Counted from the first letter of the stretch, positions 50,986 to 61,805 are shown. The stretch: 64,000 nucleotides of DNA from an uncultured Desulfospira sp. (GCA_963663165.1 OY760175.1:3136001-3200000), one strand, 5' to 3'. A program made the numbers and translations. The notes: a model not told the origin generated them from the sequence alone.

Positions 50986-51360
50986 CTGTCTTCCTTTAAC
51001 GGCCGTCCCCTGAAGGGCCGGCACCGGCCCGGTCATTCAATCAAAGCCGCGCCGCAACACGCATTGAAAGTCACTGCAGCATCTGTCTTGAGACTTTCAT
51101 CTTCACTGTTCTTACCAGATCACCCCGCCGGCTTTCTGCCGACGGGGTGAACCCATGAAAAGCACTATAAAACAACTGCCCAAAAAATGCTACCTGCCTG
51201 AAGCCGGGGGGTTTTGACTTTTTACAGGACCATTTGGCCGGATCATGCTCAAAATAAGCCTGAGAGAATAAAAAAATAATTTCAACCGGGGTTTTACCAA
51301 TCATGGGATCACGCCCGCTGCCACTATCGGTGGTATCAAACTATAACATCCTAAAATATC

Positions 51361-51391
51361 TTGACACGAGCCTTAAGGTTGCGTACACAAC
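51361..51391 (+). promoter_or_regulatory. marR promoter/operator
   Basis: TTGACA at 51361; palindrome GTTG-cgtaca-CAAC at 51378-51391, 5 nt before the ATG. Confidence 0.6.
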
Positions 51392-51396
51392 TATTT

Positions 51397-51846
51397 ATGA
51401 CCTTTTCATATAACCACAAAACATCCCTGGGATATCTGACCGGCATCGCCAGCCGGCGGCTGAGTCACACCCTTGCCCTTCGGTTTCAGGCCGAAGGGAT
51501 CGACATGACCGCCGAACAATGGGGGACCATTCTCATTTTGCTTAACGGTGATGCCGTGACCCAGGCACAGATCGGCGCCCACCTGCTCCTGGAAAAATCC
51601 AGTGTCAGCCGCCTGCTTGACGGGCTTGAACGGCGGGGCTGGATCACCCGGACCCGGGATCTGAAAGACAGCCGGCAGAAACGGGTCTCCCCGACGCCCA
51701 AGGTTTTTAAAACCGCCGAACGGTGTGCCGTGATTGCGGAAAAGGTGATTGAAGAGGCCCTGGGCGGCATGACTGGACAAGAGAAAGCAAACTGTCTGTT
51801 GCTATTGACACGCATCATAGCCAACCTGACCCCGCAGGATAAATAG
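51397..51846 (+). CDS. MarR-family regulator
   Basis: EKSSVSRLLDGLERRGWI and DSRQK motifs. Confidence 0.9.
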   Translation: MTFSYNHKTSLGYLTGIASRRLSHTLALRFQAEGIDMTAEQWGTILILLNGDAVTQAQIGAHLLLEKSSVSRLLDGLERRGWITRTRDLKDSRQKRVSPTPKVFKTAERCAVIAEKVIEEALGGMTGQEKANCLLLLTRIIANLTPQDK

Positions 51847-51897
51847 CCCCCCCAAAAACATCCATAAGGCGGCATACACAACAATAAAGGAGGCACA

Positions 51898-52743
51898 ATG
51901 GATTTACAGTCAATCATTAAAGAAACCGACGTATTTTTAGAACATCTCGGCCTTAGTGAAGCACCTTTTGGGGTCTATTACGCAGACACCCTGCCGGAAA
52001 AAGCCTTTGGCCCCAAACCTGGTGTCCCCATCTCCCGTGAACTTGAAGACAAGGGAGAAGTGGACATGCAGGAAGTGTTTAAAACCTTTTCCTGTGTGAT
52101 GGGCAACATCTGGCTGGCCAGGAAAAAGCAGGCGGCGGCCTTTATTTCTGCGGAAGAATATGGCTGCCTCGGCGGCGTCTTCTACTGCGCCATGATGACT
52201 CCGAATTTAAGGTTCATTGAGCATTATGTCACCACAGGGTATGAAGGCACCCCCATCCACGGGGAACGGTATCTGCCCTCTCCTGAAGCCATGAGAAAAT
52301 TTCTGGACAGGGTAACGCCGCCCGAACCATCGGGCAAATACTGTATCTTTAAGCCCCTGTCCCACTTTACCGGCAAAGAGGAACCGGAATTTGTTATCTT
52401 TTTTGCAAGGCCCGAAGTAATCTGCGGCCTTTTTGTCCAGACCACATTTACCACAGGAGAGGTGGATTGTGTGGCCGCCCCCTTTGGTGCCGGATGCACC
52501 AATATCCTGGCCTGGCCCCGCTATCACAGGGATAAAGGGCAGGAGAAAGCGGTCCTGGGCGGGTTTGACCCCTCTGCCAGAAAATTTATGAAAACCGATG
52601 AGATGACCTTTACCGTGCCGCTGTCTCTTTATAAAAAGATGCTGGCCGCCCTGCCCGAGTCCATGTTCAACACAGATGGCGCCTGGCAGAATGTGCGCAA
52701 GAAAATCGACCGCAGCGCCAGAACCTGGGGAGAAAAGGAATAA
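51898..52743 (+). CDS. DUF169 family protein
   Basis: CVMGNIWLARKK, GCLGG, PFGAGC and LGGFDPSAR motifs; RBS AAGGAGG. Confidence 0.82.
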   Translation: MDLQSIIKETDVFLEHLGLSEAPFGVYYADTLPEKAFGPKPGVPISRELEDKGEVDMQEVFKTFSCVMGNIWLARKKQAAAFISAEEYGCLGGVFYCAMMTPNLRFIEHYVTTGYEGTPIHGERYLPSPEAMRKFLDRVTPPEPSGKYCIFKPLSHFTGKEEPEFVIFFARPEVICGLFVQTTFTTGEVDCVAAPFGAGCTNILAWPRYHRDKGQEKAVLGGFDPSARKFMKTDEMTFTVPLSLYKKMLAALPESMFNTDGAWQNVRKKIDRSARTWGEKE

Positions 52744-52747
52744 ACGC

Positions 52748-52912
52748 AGACCGGAGAAAGGGAGACCGGAGGCTGAAAATCCCGGCGCCCTCGGGTATAC
52801 GCATTCCAGTCTCCGGTCTCCGTTTTTCGGTTCCCGGTCTCCTTCAATTTTATTGAAAATTATCCATATTTTTCATTCCGGGATGGGTGGCTTTTTTACA
52901 TGCGATGGCCCG
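52748..52912. repeat. GGAGACC-heptamer hairpin plus ISAs1-type MITE end
   Basis: GGAGACC/GGTCTCC arms; ends TTTTACATGCGATGGCCC like 60213-60230. Confidence 0.7.
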
Positions 52913-53180
52913 GTCTGACGCAACCGGTTGATATCCCGCAGAGGCGGTTCCCCGAACAGGCGGCTGTATTCACGGCTGAACTGGGAGGGGCTTTCATATC
53001 CGACTTCGTATGTGGCACTTAAGGCATCCAGATTCTCTGTGAGCATCAGGCGCCTGGCTTCGTTCAGGCGCAGCCGTTTCTGGAACTGCAGCGGCGTCAG
53101 GGCGGTCACCGCTTTAAAATGGCTGTGAAACGCGGATTTGCTCATACCGGCATTGGCGGCCAGTTCTTTGACACGAAGGG
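52873..53180 (-). pseudogene. AraC regulator, C-terminal HTH fragment only
   Basis: [22 protein letters not shown]...[18 protein letters not shown]; no N-terminal domain; 3' end runs into the MITE end. Confidence 0.8.
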
Positions 53181-53516
53181 GGCTTGTATATGGTATCTGC
53201 TTATCAACAAAATCCAATTTCTTTGAATATCAACATATTGAAACTAAAAATTCATCACAAACGTATAAACAAGACGCCATTATGCTTACAATGCCTGAAA
53301 ACGAGATTCAACATCCTTACCACACTTTTGGAGAATCAGGCAATTATATAAACCAATCAGGCTATCGGTTATGCCATTGGGAGGTGTATGCTATGGGCAG
53401 CTCAGGAAAAAAGGCCTTGCAAACCGGCCGGAACGACATCATTCCGGATGGACGGTATGCTGAAAACTTCTCAAATTCCCTGATTCCGGGCCGAAAGATT
53501 TTAAAGGAGACACCAT

Positions 53517-54164
53517 ATGACAACACTAAACACCAAAGAGCGGGCAATCATCGCCATTTCTGCGTTTACCGGCGGCGGTGAGCTCGATCAGCTCAAGCCG
53601 GCCCTTGAAAAAGGGCTTGAGGCCGGCCTGACCGTAAATGAAACCAAAGAGATTCTGGTTCAGATGTATGCGTATGCCGGCTTTCCCAGAAGCCTGAACG
53701 CCATTGGGACCTTTATGGCGGTCATGGATGAGCGCAAGACAAAGGGATGCCGTGACGAGACCGGAAAAGAGTCCGCTCCTTTCCTCAAAAATGAAACCAG
53801 CCTTGAATTCGGCGCAAGGAATCAGACCCGGCTTGTGGGTCAGCCCGTAAAAGGGCCCATGTTTGATTTTGCCCCGGCCATTGACCAGTATCTCAAGGTC
53901 CACCTGTTCGGTGACATTTTCCAGCGGGATGTTTTGACATGGCGGGAACGTGAGTTGGCAACCATTGCCTGCCTGGCCAATATCAACGGCGTCAACAGCC
54001 AGCTGGCCGCTCATTACGGCATCAGCATGAACAACGGCGTGACCCCGGAGCAGCTTCATGAGTTCACATGGGTCCTTGCGGAGTGCTGCGGAAAAGAGGT
54101 GGCACAGAATGCCCGAACCGTTCTTGAACAGGTACTTCACCCTGACTCATCCGGGCAGGAGTGA
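53517..54164 (+). CDS. Carboxymuconolactone decarboxylase (CMD) family protein
   Basis: QMYAYAGFPRSLNA, HLFGDIF and RERELATI motifs; RBS AAGGAG. Confidence 0.88.
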   Translation: MTTLNTKERAIIAISAFTGGGELDQLKPALEKGLEAGLTVNETKEILVQMYAYAGFPRSLNAIGTFMAVMDERKTKGCRDETGKESAPFLKNETSLEFGARNQTRLVGQPVKGPMFDFAPAIDQYLKVHLFGDIFQRDVLTWRERELATIACLANINGVNSQLAAHYGISMNNGVTPEQLHEFTWVLAECCGKEVAQNARTVLEQVLHPDSSGQE

Positions 54165-54232
54165 TCATTGCAGATTCGGTCTGCCCCCGGACACTGTAGA
54201 AATTTAATAAAAACCAGACAGGAGTAAATAAA

Positions 54233-54654
54233 ATGAATTCATCAGACCAGAATCCCCCTTCACCGGCGAAGGCTTTTTCCCCAAAGGCACCAAAAACGAC
54301 GCATATGCCCGTTATTTTACGGGGACCAGCTATCTTGAAATGCTTTCCCTGGAACGGGTGACCATCGGCAATGTCACCTTTGAACAGGAATGCCGCAATT
54401 TCTGGCACATCCACCACAAGGGCGGCCAGATCCTTCTGGTGACCGGCGGCCGCGGCTGGGACCAGGAAGCCGGGCAACCGGCCAGGGAGCTGTTTGCCGG
54501 AGATGTCGTCAATATTGCACCGGAAACCAAACACTGGCACGGCACCGCCAAAGACAGCTGGTTTGCCCATGTGGCGGTTGAAGTGCCGGCCCAAGGCGCT
54601 TCCAATGAGTGGCTTGAGCCGGTATCCGACGAGGCCTACGATCAGCTTAAATAA
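54233..54654 (+). pseudogene. Cupin-domain protein with an early frameshift
   Basis: AGGAG RBS and ATG 54233 are out of frame with GEGFFPKG..YARYFTGTSYL..NVTFE..WHIH..KHWHG. Confidence 0.7.
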
Positions 54655-54729
54655 GGGTCTTTGTCATACGGCTCAGAAGGGCCAACCTCAATTTTTCACA
54701 GCGGTGGCCCGTGTCCAGTCAATCCCAAA

Positions 54730-54930
54730 ACCGGGCCTTGATTATATTGATATGATGATCATCCACAGTCCAAGACCCTGGATGAAATATCATGAATCCG
54801 AGCCTTTTTTTGAAGGCAACCGGGAAGCCTGGAAAGCCCTGGAACAAGCATATAAAGCAGGAAAACTGTGGGCCATCGGCGTATCAAACTTTGAAAAAGA
54901 GGACCTGAACAATATTCTTTCTTCCTGTCG
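54730..54930 (+). pseudogene. Aldo/keto reductase internal fragment
   Basis: GLDYIDMMIIHSP...WKALEQAYKAGKLWAIGVSNF with neither start nor end. Confidence 0.75.
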
Positions 54931-55039
54931 GGGTGAACAAATCCGCATCCGCCCTGCTGGGGCCGGTATCATGTGGATCATATACGCCGTGGCCACAGGC
55001 AATCCACAAATGGTCACCGTAACGTCAGGGAATGCATGA

Positions 55040-55260
55040 TATCCATCAGTTCGGCACGGACTGTTTCTTATGGACCTTCCTTGCCTTTTGCGCGGGGACC
55101 GGCGGCTCGTTGCTGATCATCGGTTCCGCCGCCGGGATGGCGGCCATGGGCCTGGAAAAAATAAATTTCTTCTGGTATGTAAAAAAATCAGCGGACTGGC
55201 CGCCCCGGGGTATGTGGCCGGTATACTGGTTTTTCTGGCACAATTTCGACTGCTACACGC
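55040..55260 (+). pseudogene. NhaD-type Na+/H+ antiporter C-terminal fragment
   Basis: LAFCAGTGGSLLIIGSAAGMAAMGLEKINFFWYVKK, then a frameshift into ISGLAA.GYVAG. Confidence 0.75.
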
Positions 55261-55305
55261 CTGACTGTAAAAAACAACCGCAAAATAAAAGGGAACCATA
55301 GGGAT

Positions 55306-55824
55306 ATGGAAGCACAACTGCTGGACAATTACAGGGCACTTGTCAGACGGGCGGATGACCATGTCCGGGCCGTACTGACCCGGTATGGCCGCTATATTAC
55401 CTGCCGGAAAGGATGTGACGCCTGCTGCCGTTTCTTAACCCTGTTCCCTGTGGAAGCGGTTGCCCTTTCAGCGGCCTTTGTTGAACTGGACCCGGAATCC
55501 AGGGCACTTATTGAAACTGCCTGTGCCCAAGACACCGCCTGCCCGCTGCTCCACCACCATGAATGCCTGCTTTACGCGGCAAGGCCCCTGATCTGCCGGA
55601 CCCACGGGCTCCCGATCTGTTTTAAGGAACAGGACAGCCTCAAGGTGGATTTCTGCCCTGAAAATTTTAAGGGCCTTGCCACACTGCCCGGGGATGCCCT
55701 GCTGGATCTGGATCAGCTGAACACCACTCTGGCCGCTGTAAACACCCTGTTCTTAGATTCAATTGATGCGGATCTTCCGGACCGGATTCCCATTTCCCAG
55801 GCCCTGTTCCTGCTGGAGACCTGA
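55306..55824 (+). CDS. YkgJ-family cysteine cluster protein
   Basis: CRKGCDACC, CPLL and CLLYAARPLICRTHG motifs. Confidence 0.88.
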   Translation: MEAQLLDNYRALVRRADDHVRAVLTRYGRYITCRKGCDACCRFLTLFPVEAVALSAAFVELDPESRALIETACAQDTACPLLHHHECLLYAARPLICRTHGLPICFKEQDSLKVDFCPENFKGLATLPGDALLDLDQLNTTLAAVNTLFLDSIDADLPDRIPISQALFLLET

Positions 55825-55827
55825 CCC

Positions 55828-56613
55828 ATGGAAAACAACGGCATACAAATCACCTGGCTGGGCACGGCAGCCTTCCGGATCAAAACCCGGAAAACCGATT
55901 TTTTAACCGATCCCTTTATCAGCCGGAATTCAATGGCATCCCCGGTTCAGGCGCTGGGCCCGGAACATTTCGGGCAGTTCCCCCTGGTCTTCCTGTCCCA
56001 CGGTCATTTTGACCATGCCAAAGACCTGCCGAAGATCCAGCCGGAACGCCTATGTTGTGCCCAATCCCTTAGCCCGGGCCTGATCAGAAAAGGGATCCCG
56101 GAAAAGCGGCTTATCCCCATACGCCATGACGGCCAGGGTTGTGAAATAAATTCATGTCAGGCAACCGCCTTTTTCAGCCGGCATATCCGGTTTGACCTTC
56201 CCCTGGTCAAAGACCGGGCCAGGGCAGGCCTTTTTGACCTTCTCCCCTGCATCCGGCTGCTTTGGGACTGGCCCTGCGGCCAGGTGTTAAGCTGGCAGTT
56301 TTTTTTAAATAAAAAGGTGATTCATTTTTTTGGAAGCGCCGGGTCCACCAAAGAAGAACTTCAAAAAATCGCTGCCAAAGGACCGGTCCATATCCTCATG
56401 CTGCCCCTTCAGGGACGTTCAACCATCTGTGATACCGCCCTTGATTATGTGAGGATTCTCAAACCCCAAACCGTCATTGCCCACCACCACGATGATTTCT
56501 ACCCCCCGGTATCCAGGAGTGAAGATATCACCCCCTTTACCCGGGGCATGGCCCGAAAATTCCCACAGATCAGACTGATCATCCCCCGGATCAACCGGCC
56601 CGTCCGGGTGTAA
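55828..56613 (+). CDS. MBL-fold metallohydrolase
   Basis: TWLGTAAF, DPF, SHGHFDH and HHDDF motifs. Confidence 0.88.
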   Translation: MENNGIQITWLGTAAFRIKTRKTDFLTDPFISRNSMASPVQALGPEHFGQFPLVFLSHGHFDHAKDLPKIQPERLCCAQSLSPGLIRKGIPEKRLIPIRHDGQGCEINSCQATAFFSRHIRFDLPLVKDRARAGLFDLLPCIRLLWDWPCGQVLSWQFFLNKKVIHFFGSAGSTKEELQKIAAKGPVHILMLPLQGRSTICDTALDYVRILKPQTVIAHHHDDFYPPVSRSEDITPFTRGMARKFPQIRLIIPRINRPVRV

Positions 56614-56710
56614 TCAATAAAAACAATGCCGGGCCTTTTCTTGAACATCGGATAAAATGTTCCGAAAAAACCCGGCAGCCCGAAAGTTTAACATCGGGCT
56701 GGAAAAAAGG

Positions 56711-58498
56711 TTACGATAGTTTGAACCGGCCCATTAACGCCTTGAGCCGGGCCGAAAGGTCTGCCAGCCCATGGGCCGTATCCCTGACGCCGACGCTGCT
56801 GTCTGAGATTTCGCCTGACGCCAGGCTGACATTGGCTATATTTCCCGCCACTTCATCGGCCGCAACGGCACATTGTGCCACATTGTCGGTCACTTCTGAA
56901 ATCCCCAGAGAGGCCTGGGAAACATTTTGGGCAATTTCCCTGGTGGCTTCGGACTGCTGCTCCACAGCCTCCACAATAGCCCCGACGCTGTCGTTCACCG
57001 AATTAATCACCTGGATGATCTGTTCAATGCCTTGGGTGGTCTCTTTTGTTGAATCCTGCATCCGTTCGATCTTCATCCGGATCTCGGTGGTGGCATCGGC
57101 GGTCTGGGCGGCCAGGTTTTTGATTTCATTGGCCACCACGGCAAATCCTTTGCCGGCCTCCCCTGCCCTGGCCGCCTCAATGGTGGCATTTAAGGCCAGA
57201 AGGTTGGTCTGTTCCGAGATATCGGTGATGGTTTCGGTCACCTTGCCGATCTCAAGGGCGGCCCGACCCAGTTCCGTCACTTTCTCAGACGCCTGGCCGG
57301 CCCGGGACACGGCGGCCCGGGTCACATCCCGTGACTGCTCCGTATTGTTCACAATTTCCTGGATGGTTGCCGTCATCTCTTCGGCCGCCACGGAAACCGA
57401 AGCGACATTTCCGGCGGTCTCCTCTATGGAGGCCCTGACGCTGGCCATGCCGGCACTCATCTCTTCAGCAGCCGCCGCAACCGATACGGCCAGTTCAGAG
57501 GCATCCGAAGACTTGGCCGACATGGACCCGGCCGCCTGGTTCAGCTGATCAGAGGAGACCGACAAGGTGCCCACCCCCTGATTGAGGTCATCCATCATCT
57601 GCCGCAGATTGGCAATCATGGCATTCATGGCGCCGGCGAGTTTACCGGTCTCATCATCACAAATGACCGCCATATCCCGGCTCAGATCACCGCCGGACAT
57701 GCGATTGGCAAAATCAACCCCCTGTTTTAACCGGCCGGTGATGGACCGGGCCACCAGAAAGAATACCACCGAGGCCAGAATGATGCCGGCCAGCACCAGA
57801 ACAACGGCCTTGACAATTGAGGCACGCAGGGCGGCGTCCGCCTTATCCAGGGACTGGATCACTTCAAAGGCCCCATGGATCTCGCCTGCCTTCCAGTTCT
57901 CAAACGTTCCGCCCGTTGGATCTTTTCCATCATCGCGCCCCCACAGGGCTTTGGACTGGGCCGGATCACCATGGCAGATCAGGCAGGATTCAGTCAGCCG
58001 GATGGGAAGAAAATACCGCACGGCATTGATCTTGGGATCCACCACATAATACTCGCTGAGCCGCTCTTTTTTTATTGTTTCAAGGGCCGGCCCCTCAATC
58101 TTGTAGTCTTTACCGTAATCCGGGCCGTTTTCAGGACGCCGTGGGCTGAACTTGGGCACCCTGAAGGTGAAATCACCCTGTTCGGCTTTGCGCATGGCCG
58201 CATTCCATGCCGTCACCACAGGGATAGTGCCCAAAAGCTTGTCTGTCTCGTTATTCCGGGCATAGGCCTTGATGGCGTCAAGGGGGAACAGCCCCAGGGA
58301 CCATTTCTCATCCATCTCCTGCCGGGTGGATTCACAAATCAGACAGATAGACCGGGCCTTTTCCACATAGGCATCAATGGTTTGGGCCTTGTCTGACCGG
58401 ACATAAAAAAAGAGCAGGACACCCGTCAAAAGGACAGTGGTTCCGATGCCCACGGTTAAAAATTTGACAAAGATCGGCAGATCGAGAATTTTCTTCAT
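56711..58498 (-). CDS. Methyl-accepting chemotaxis protein with DUF3365 (heme c) sensor domain
   Basis: Two TM segments, CLICH heme motif, [31 protein letters not shown]. Confidence 0.92.
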   Translation of the reverse strand: MKKILDLPIFVKFLTVGIGTTVLLTGVLLFFYVRSDKAQTIDAYVEKARSICLICESTRQEMDEKWSLGLFPLDAIKAYARNNETDKLLGTIPVVTAWNAAMRKAEQGDFTFRVPKFSPRRPENGPDYGKDYKIEGPALETIKKERLSEYYVVDPKINAVRYFLPIRLTESCLICHGDPAQSKALWGRDDGKDPTGGTFENWKAGEIHGAFEVIQSLDKADAALRASIVKAVVLVLAGIILASVVFFLVARSITGRLKQGVDFANRMSGGDLSRDMAVICDDETGKLAGAMNAMIANLRQMMDDLNQGVGTLSVSSDQLNQAAGSMSAKSSDASELAVSVAAAAEEMSAGMASVRASIEETAGNVASVSVAAEEMTATIQEIVNNTEQSRDVTRAAVSRAGQASEKVTELGRAALEIGKVTETITDISEQTNLLALNATIEAARAGEAGKGFAVVANEIKNLAAQTADATTEIRMKIERMQDSTKETTQGIEQIIQVINSVNDSVGAIVEAVEQQSEATREIAQNVSQASLGISEVTDNVAQCAVAADEVAGNIANVSLASGEISDSSVGVRDTAHGLADLSARLKALMGRFKLS

Positions 58499-59156
58499 TA
58501 TTCCTCCGAATGGAAAAAGATCTTTTCCCAGGCAGCCGGAAACTGGAATGATGCTGCTCTGGATAGAAATGTTTATGGCAATTCAATAAATTTAACAGAT
58601 TTATGGGGTCAGCTCAATAATGAAAACAAAGACGGGAAACGGGAGACCCCAGACCGGAAGATGGCAGACCCCTTTGTCTCAGGGTGATCGCATGGAACTT
58701 ACCTATAGTTTTTATAAGAAACTGGAGACAAGAAACAAGAGACAAGAGGGCGAAGCACCTGCGGTGCCCAATTTATAGTCTACCGTTGCTGGTATCTTCA
58801 GTTTCATTATTCGTTGTGGGCGGTTCTTGGTTGGATAACCAAGACGGCCCGTGGCCGTTAATCGAACGATGGGTGAACAGATGATAATATAATCCTTCCC
58901 CGCCATTTGAAAGGGGCCACCCCAGGATATTGTGTCGGGTCCAACCCCGTAACCTAAGAACTTATAGACATCTGTCGCCCACCGCCCAAGCAGAAAACCC
59001 CGAAAAAGACGGAATATCAAAGTGTTGAATATTAATAATGGTCCGGGGTTCTGAATCCATCATTGTAGGGGTTCTGTTTTTGACATAGTCTGCAGAGTGA
59101 AATTTTAAAATGCCATACAAACCAAACGAACGAAAGGCATTCTCAATGCGTGAAAG

Positions 59157-59504
59157 TTATTCTATAAGCTGCTCAACAGTTAATTCCATCGCATCTGCCA
59201 ATTTGATCAAGGAGCTTTTCCGGGGATTGGCATCCGGTCTCTCTATCCGGGCCAATGCCGGTTGCTTTATCCCTGCTTTAGCAGCAAGTTCCGCCTGGGT
59301 CAGACCTAAATATTCCCGCCAAGCTTTTACAAGGCTGTCGCCTCTGACATTTGCCTTTACCACTTCGTGGGGAAACCATACGTCAGATTCGTCCGGCTCA
59401 ATACCGTCAACCAGTACCTGGTATTCATCCCATGGAATGACGGCAAAAGCTGGTTTTCCACCTTGCTCAATAATTTGGACATTATTGGTAAGTACAGTTG
59501 TCAC
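59157..59504 (-). CDS. XRE/HigA-like HTH antitoxin
   Basis: GKPAFAVIPWDEY N-terminus; KAWREYLGLTQAELAAKAGIKQPALARIE HTH; start uncertain. Confidence 0.85.
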   Translation of the reverse strand: MTTVLTNNVQIIEQGGKPAFAVIPWDEYQVLVDGIEPDESDVWFPHEVVKANVRGDSLVKAWREYLGLTQAELAAKAGIKQPALARIERPDANPRKSSLIKLADAMELTVEQLIE

Positions 59505-59745
59505 GTTTTTTTACCTCCTGAATGGCGATTATCTTAACCTGCTCTTCGTCGTCAAAAAGGACTCGATAGCGGCCTACCCTCATTCTGTAATCGTATTTGT
59601 GTTTTTTCAGCGCCTTAACATCAAGGCCTTTACAAGCGGGGAACTCTGCCAACTGGTCAACACTTTCAAAAATGGCTTCCTGGTACTCTTTGGGAACCTT
59701 TTTCATTTGTTTGCGGGCTTTGTTGCTCCATCGAATCGTTTTCAT
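59482..59745 (-). CDS. RelE/HigB-family toxin
   Basis: WSNKARKQMKK, DVKAL and YRMRVGRYRVLF motifs; upstream of the antitoxin. Confidence 0.88.
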   Translation of the reverse strand: MKTIRWSNKARKQMKKVPKEYQEAIFESVDQLAEFPACKGLDVKALKKHKYDYRMRVGRYRVLFDDEEQVKIIAIQEVKKRDNCTYQ

Positions 59746-59751
59746 AAAACC

Positions 59752-59779
59752 ATAATAACAAAATATAACAATATGTCAA
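59752..59779 (-). promoter_or_regulatory. Sigma70 promoter giving a probably leaderless toxin mRNA
   Basis: TTGACA, 16 nt spacer ending TGT, TATTAT, 6 nt before the ATG; no RBS. Confidence 0.6.
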
Positions 59780-60086
59780 TTTTGAAGTTATATAATATTA
59801 TATAGATAAAATCATATTAATATCGAATAAATTTGCCTGAGGTATTAAGAACTCCTAAGCTAATTTTGAGGCAGCGGTCACTACTTTTGTTATTGGTGGA
59901 CTGGATCAAAAATCTGGAAGATCAAATCAAGGTTCTGAGGTGAAGACTACCTCCAAAACAAAATCCGTTTTTTGTATGGAAGACCACCCCGGACTGTCCC
60001 TGTACTTCTGATCAAAAAAATTAGGATATTGAAATTGGGACCTGTCCTGGTTTCCCTGTGAGTAACGAAAATAATGTATATTGTTG

Positions 60087-60168
60087 AGACTTGGGATATG
60101 GGATATGGGACTTGGGGAGGCCGTGGATGCCGCAATCCCCAGGTCCCATATCCCAAGTCCCAAGTCCA
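60087..60168. repeat. GGGATAT/GGGACTT heptamer-armed hairpin
   Basis: GACTTGGGATATGGGATATGGGACTTGGG...CCCAGGTCCCATATCCCAAGTCCCAAGTCC; near-identical copy at about 62087-62168. Confidence 0.85.
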
Positions 60169-60409
60169 ATTTTTTGGATTATCCTTATTTTTCATTCCGG
60201 GATGGACTGTTTTTTTACATGCGATGGCCCTGGCCCTTTGCCTGATAATCCTGGATATTTTTTTCAAAATGGCATATTAATCTTTGTTCCCCCCATGACG
60301 CGGTATTTAGGTCATCCCGCCATGAACCGGGATAATGAGTTGACCTATGGAACACAAAATAACAGTCCCGGCACTGCAATCCAACGGCACATCCACAGAA
60401 CGAAACTGA

Positions 60410-61651
60410 ATGAAGACAGAAAACCATCGATCACAGCCCGTAAAAAAGGGGCCCGGCTACAGGGAATTTGTTACCCTGATGGCGGTCATTATCTCCATCA
60501 CCGCCCTCTCCATTGATATGATGCTGCCGGCCCTTCCGGATATTGGACGGCAGCTTGGGGCAAGTCATCCCAACCATGCCCAGCTGGTGGTTTCCCTGGT
60601 GCTGTTCGGCTTTGGGGCCGGGCAGATTTTACTGGGCCCCCTGTCAGACTGCTTTGGCAGAAAGCCGATCATCCTTATGGGATTTTTGGTGTTTATTCTG
60701 GGATGCCTGATCTCAATTTTCTCCACCGGGTTTCACATGATGCTGGCGGGACGGTTTATCCAGGGGATTGGGATGGCCGGGCCTCGAACAGCCATTATTG
60801 CGCTTATCAGGGATTTGTACAGCGGACGGCCCATGGCCCGGATCGTGTCCGTGATCATGGCGGTATTCATTTTCATTCCCGCCATTGCACCTGCCTTGGG
60901 GCAAACCATTTTGCTGGTCGCGGGCTGGCGCAGCATTTTCGGTTTTTTAATGTTCCAGGGGGTCATCACGCTGACATGGTTCTGCCTTCGCCAGCCCGAG
61001 ACCCTGCCCAAAGAGAACCGTCTGCCCTTTTCTTTGAAGCGGATTCTAAAGGGGGGAACAGACGTGGTTCAAAACCGGGTCGCCATAGGGTATACCCTGG
61101 CCTCCGGGTTTATGCTGGGTGCCTTTGTGGGCTACCTGAACTGCGCCCAGCAGATTTTTCAGGATACATACGGTCTTGGCCGGGAATTTCCAATCTATAT
61201 GGCGTTTCTCGCACTGTCTGTGGGCAGTGCCTCCTTTGTCAATTCCCGCATTGTCATGCGCCTGGGCATGAGGGCATTGTCCTGGTGGTCTGTGGTTGCA
61301 TTTATCGTTGTGACAAGTATTTACCTTTTTATCACCCTCATGCTGCACGGCCATTCACCCCTCTGGTTGACCATGGTCTGTTTTTCCGTATCATTTTTCT
61401 GTCTGGGAATCGTTTTCGGCAATCAGAATGCCATTGCCATGGAACCGCTGGCCCATATTGCAGGGGTTGGATCTGCCGTGATTGGAAGTCTTGCCACCCT
61501 GCTCTCCTCACTTTTGGGCATGATTGTGGGCCAGTTCTTCAACGGCACCACCGTACCGCTGACTGTGGGATTTGTCATTCTCGGGGCATTCACAGCAGGG
61601 GCCATGTACTGGGCCAATGGCCCGTCCAAAAGGCCCAATACCCGGGGATAA
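60410..61651 (+). CDS. Bcr/CflA-family MFS multidrug exporter
   Basis: SIDMMLPALP, GPLSDCFGRKP, IRDLYSG and PETL motifs. Confidence 0.9.
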   Translation: MKTENHRSQPVKKGPGYREFVTLMAVIISITALSIDMMLPALPDIGRQLGASHPNHAQLVVSLVLFGFGAGQILLGPLSDCFGRKPIILMGFLVFILGCLISIFSTGFHMMLAGRFIQGIGMAGPRTAIIALIRDLYSGRPMARIVSVIMAVFIFIPAIAPALGQTILLVAGWRSIFGFLMFQGVITLTWFCLRQPETLPKENRLPFSLKRILKGGTDVVQNRVAIGYTLASGFMLGAFVGYLNCAQQIFQDTYGLGREFPIYMAFLALSVGSASFVNSRIVMRLGMRALSWWSVVAFIVVTSIYLFITLMLHGHSPLWLTMVCFSVSFFCLGIVFGNQNAIAMEPLAHIAGVGSAVIGSLATLLSSLLGMIVGQFFNGTTVPLTVGFVILGAFTAGAMYWANGPSKRPNTRG

Positions 61652-61805
61652 GCCCATCTCCGGGGACATGGCGATTCCCCGGCGATCGACATCGACGATA
61701 TCGTTATAGGCGGATCTTCCAGGGATAGAGACCGCAATGACCATGGCTGCTGCGGATTCCTCTCAGGCAAGGCCTTTGGAAAGGCAGAATCCCTGTAGGC
61801 CGTCA

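Larger units (their letters stand above)
58680..60232. mobile_element. 1.55 kb ISAs1-type TIR-bounded non-autonomous element carrying a toxin-antitoxin pair
   Basis: Ends CAGGGTGATCGCATGGAA / TTACATGCGATGGCCCTG (15/18); flanks CCCCTTTGTCT / GCCCTTTGCCT; no transposase inside. Confidence 0.65.

Noticed and set aside
61652..61796. Possible gene remnant between the Bcr gene and the MITE
   Set aside because: It looks coding-like, but no family could be recognised in any frame.
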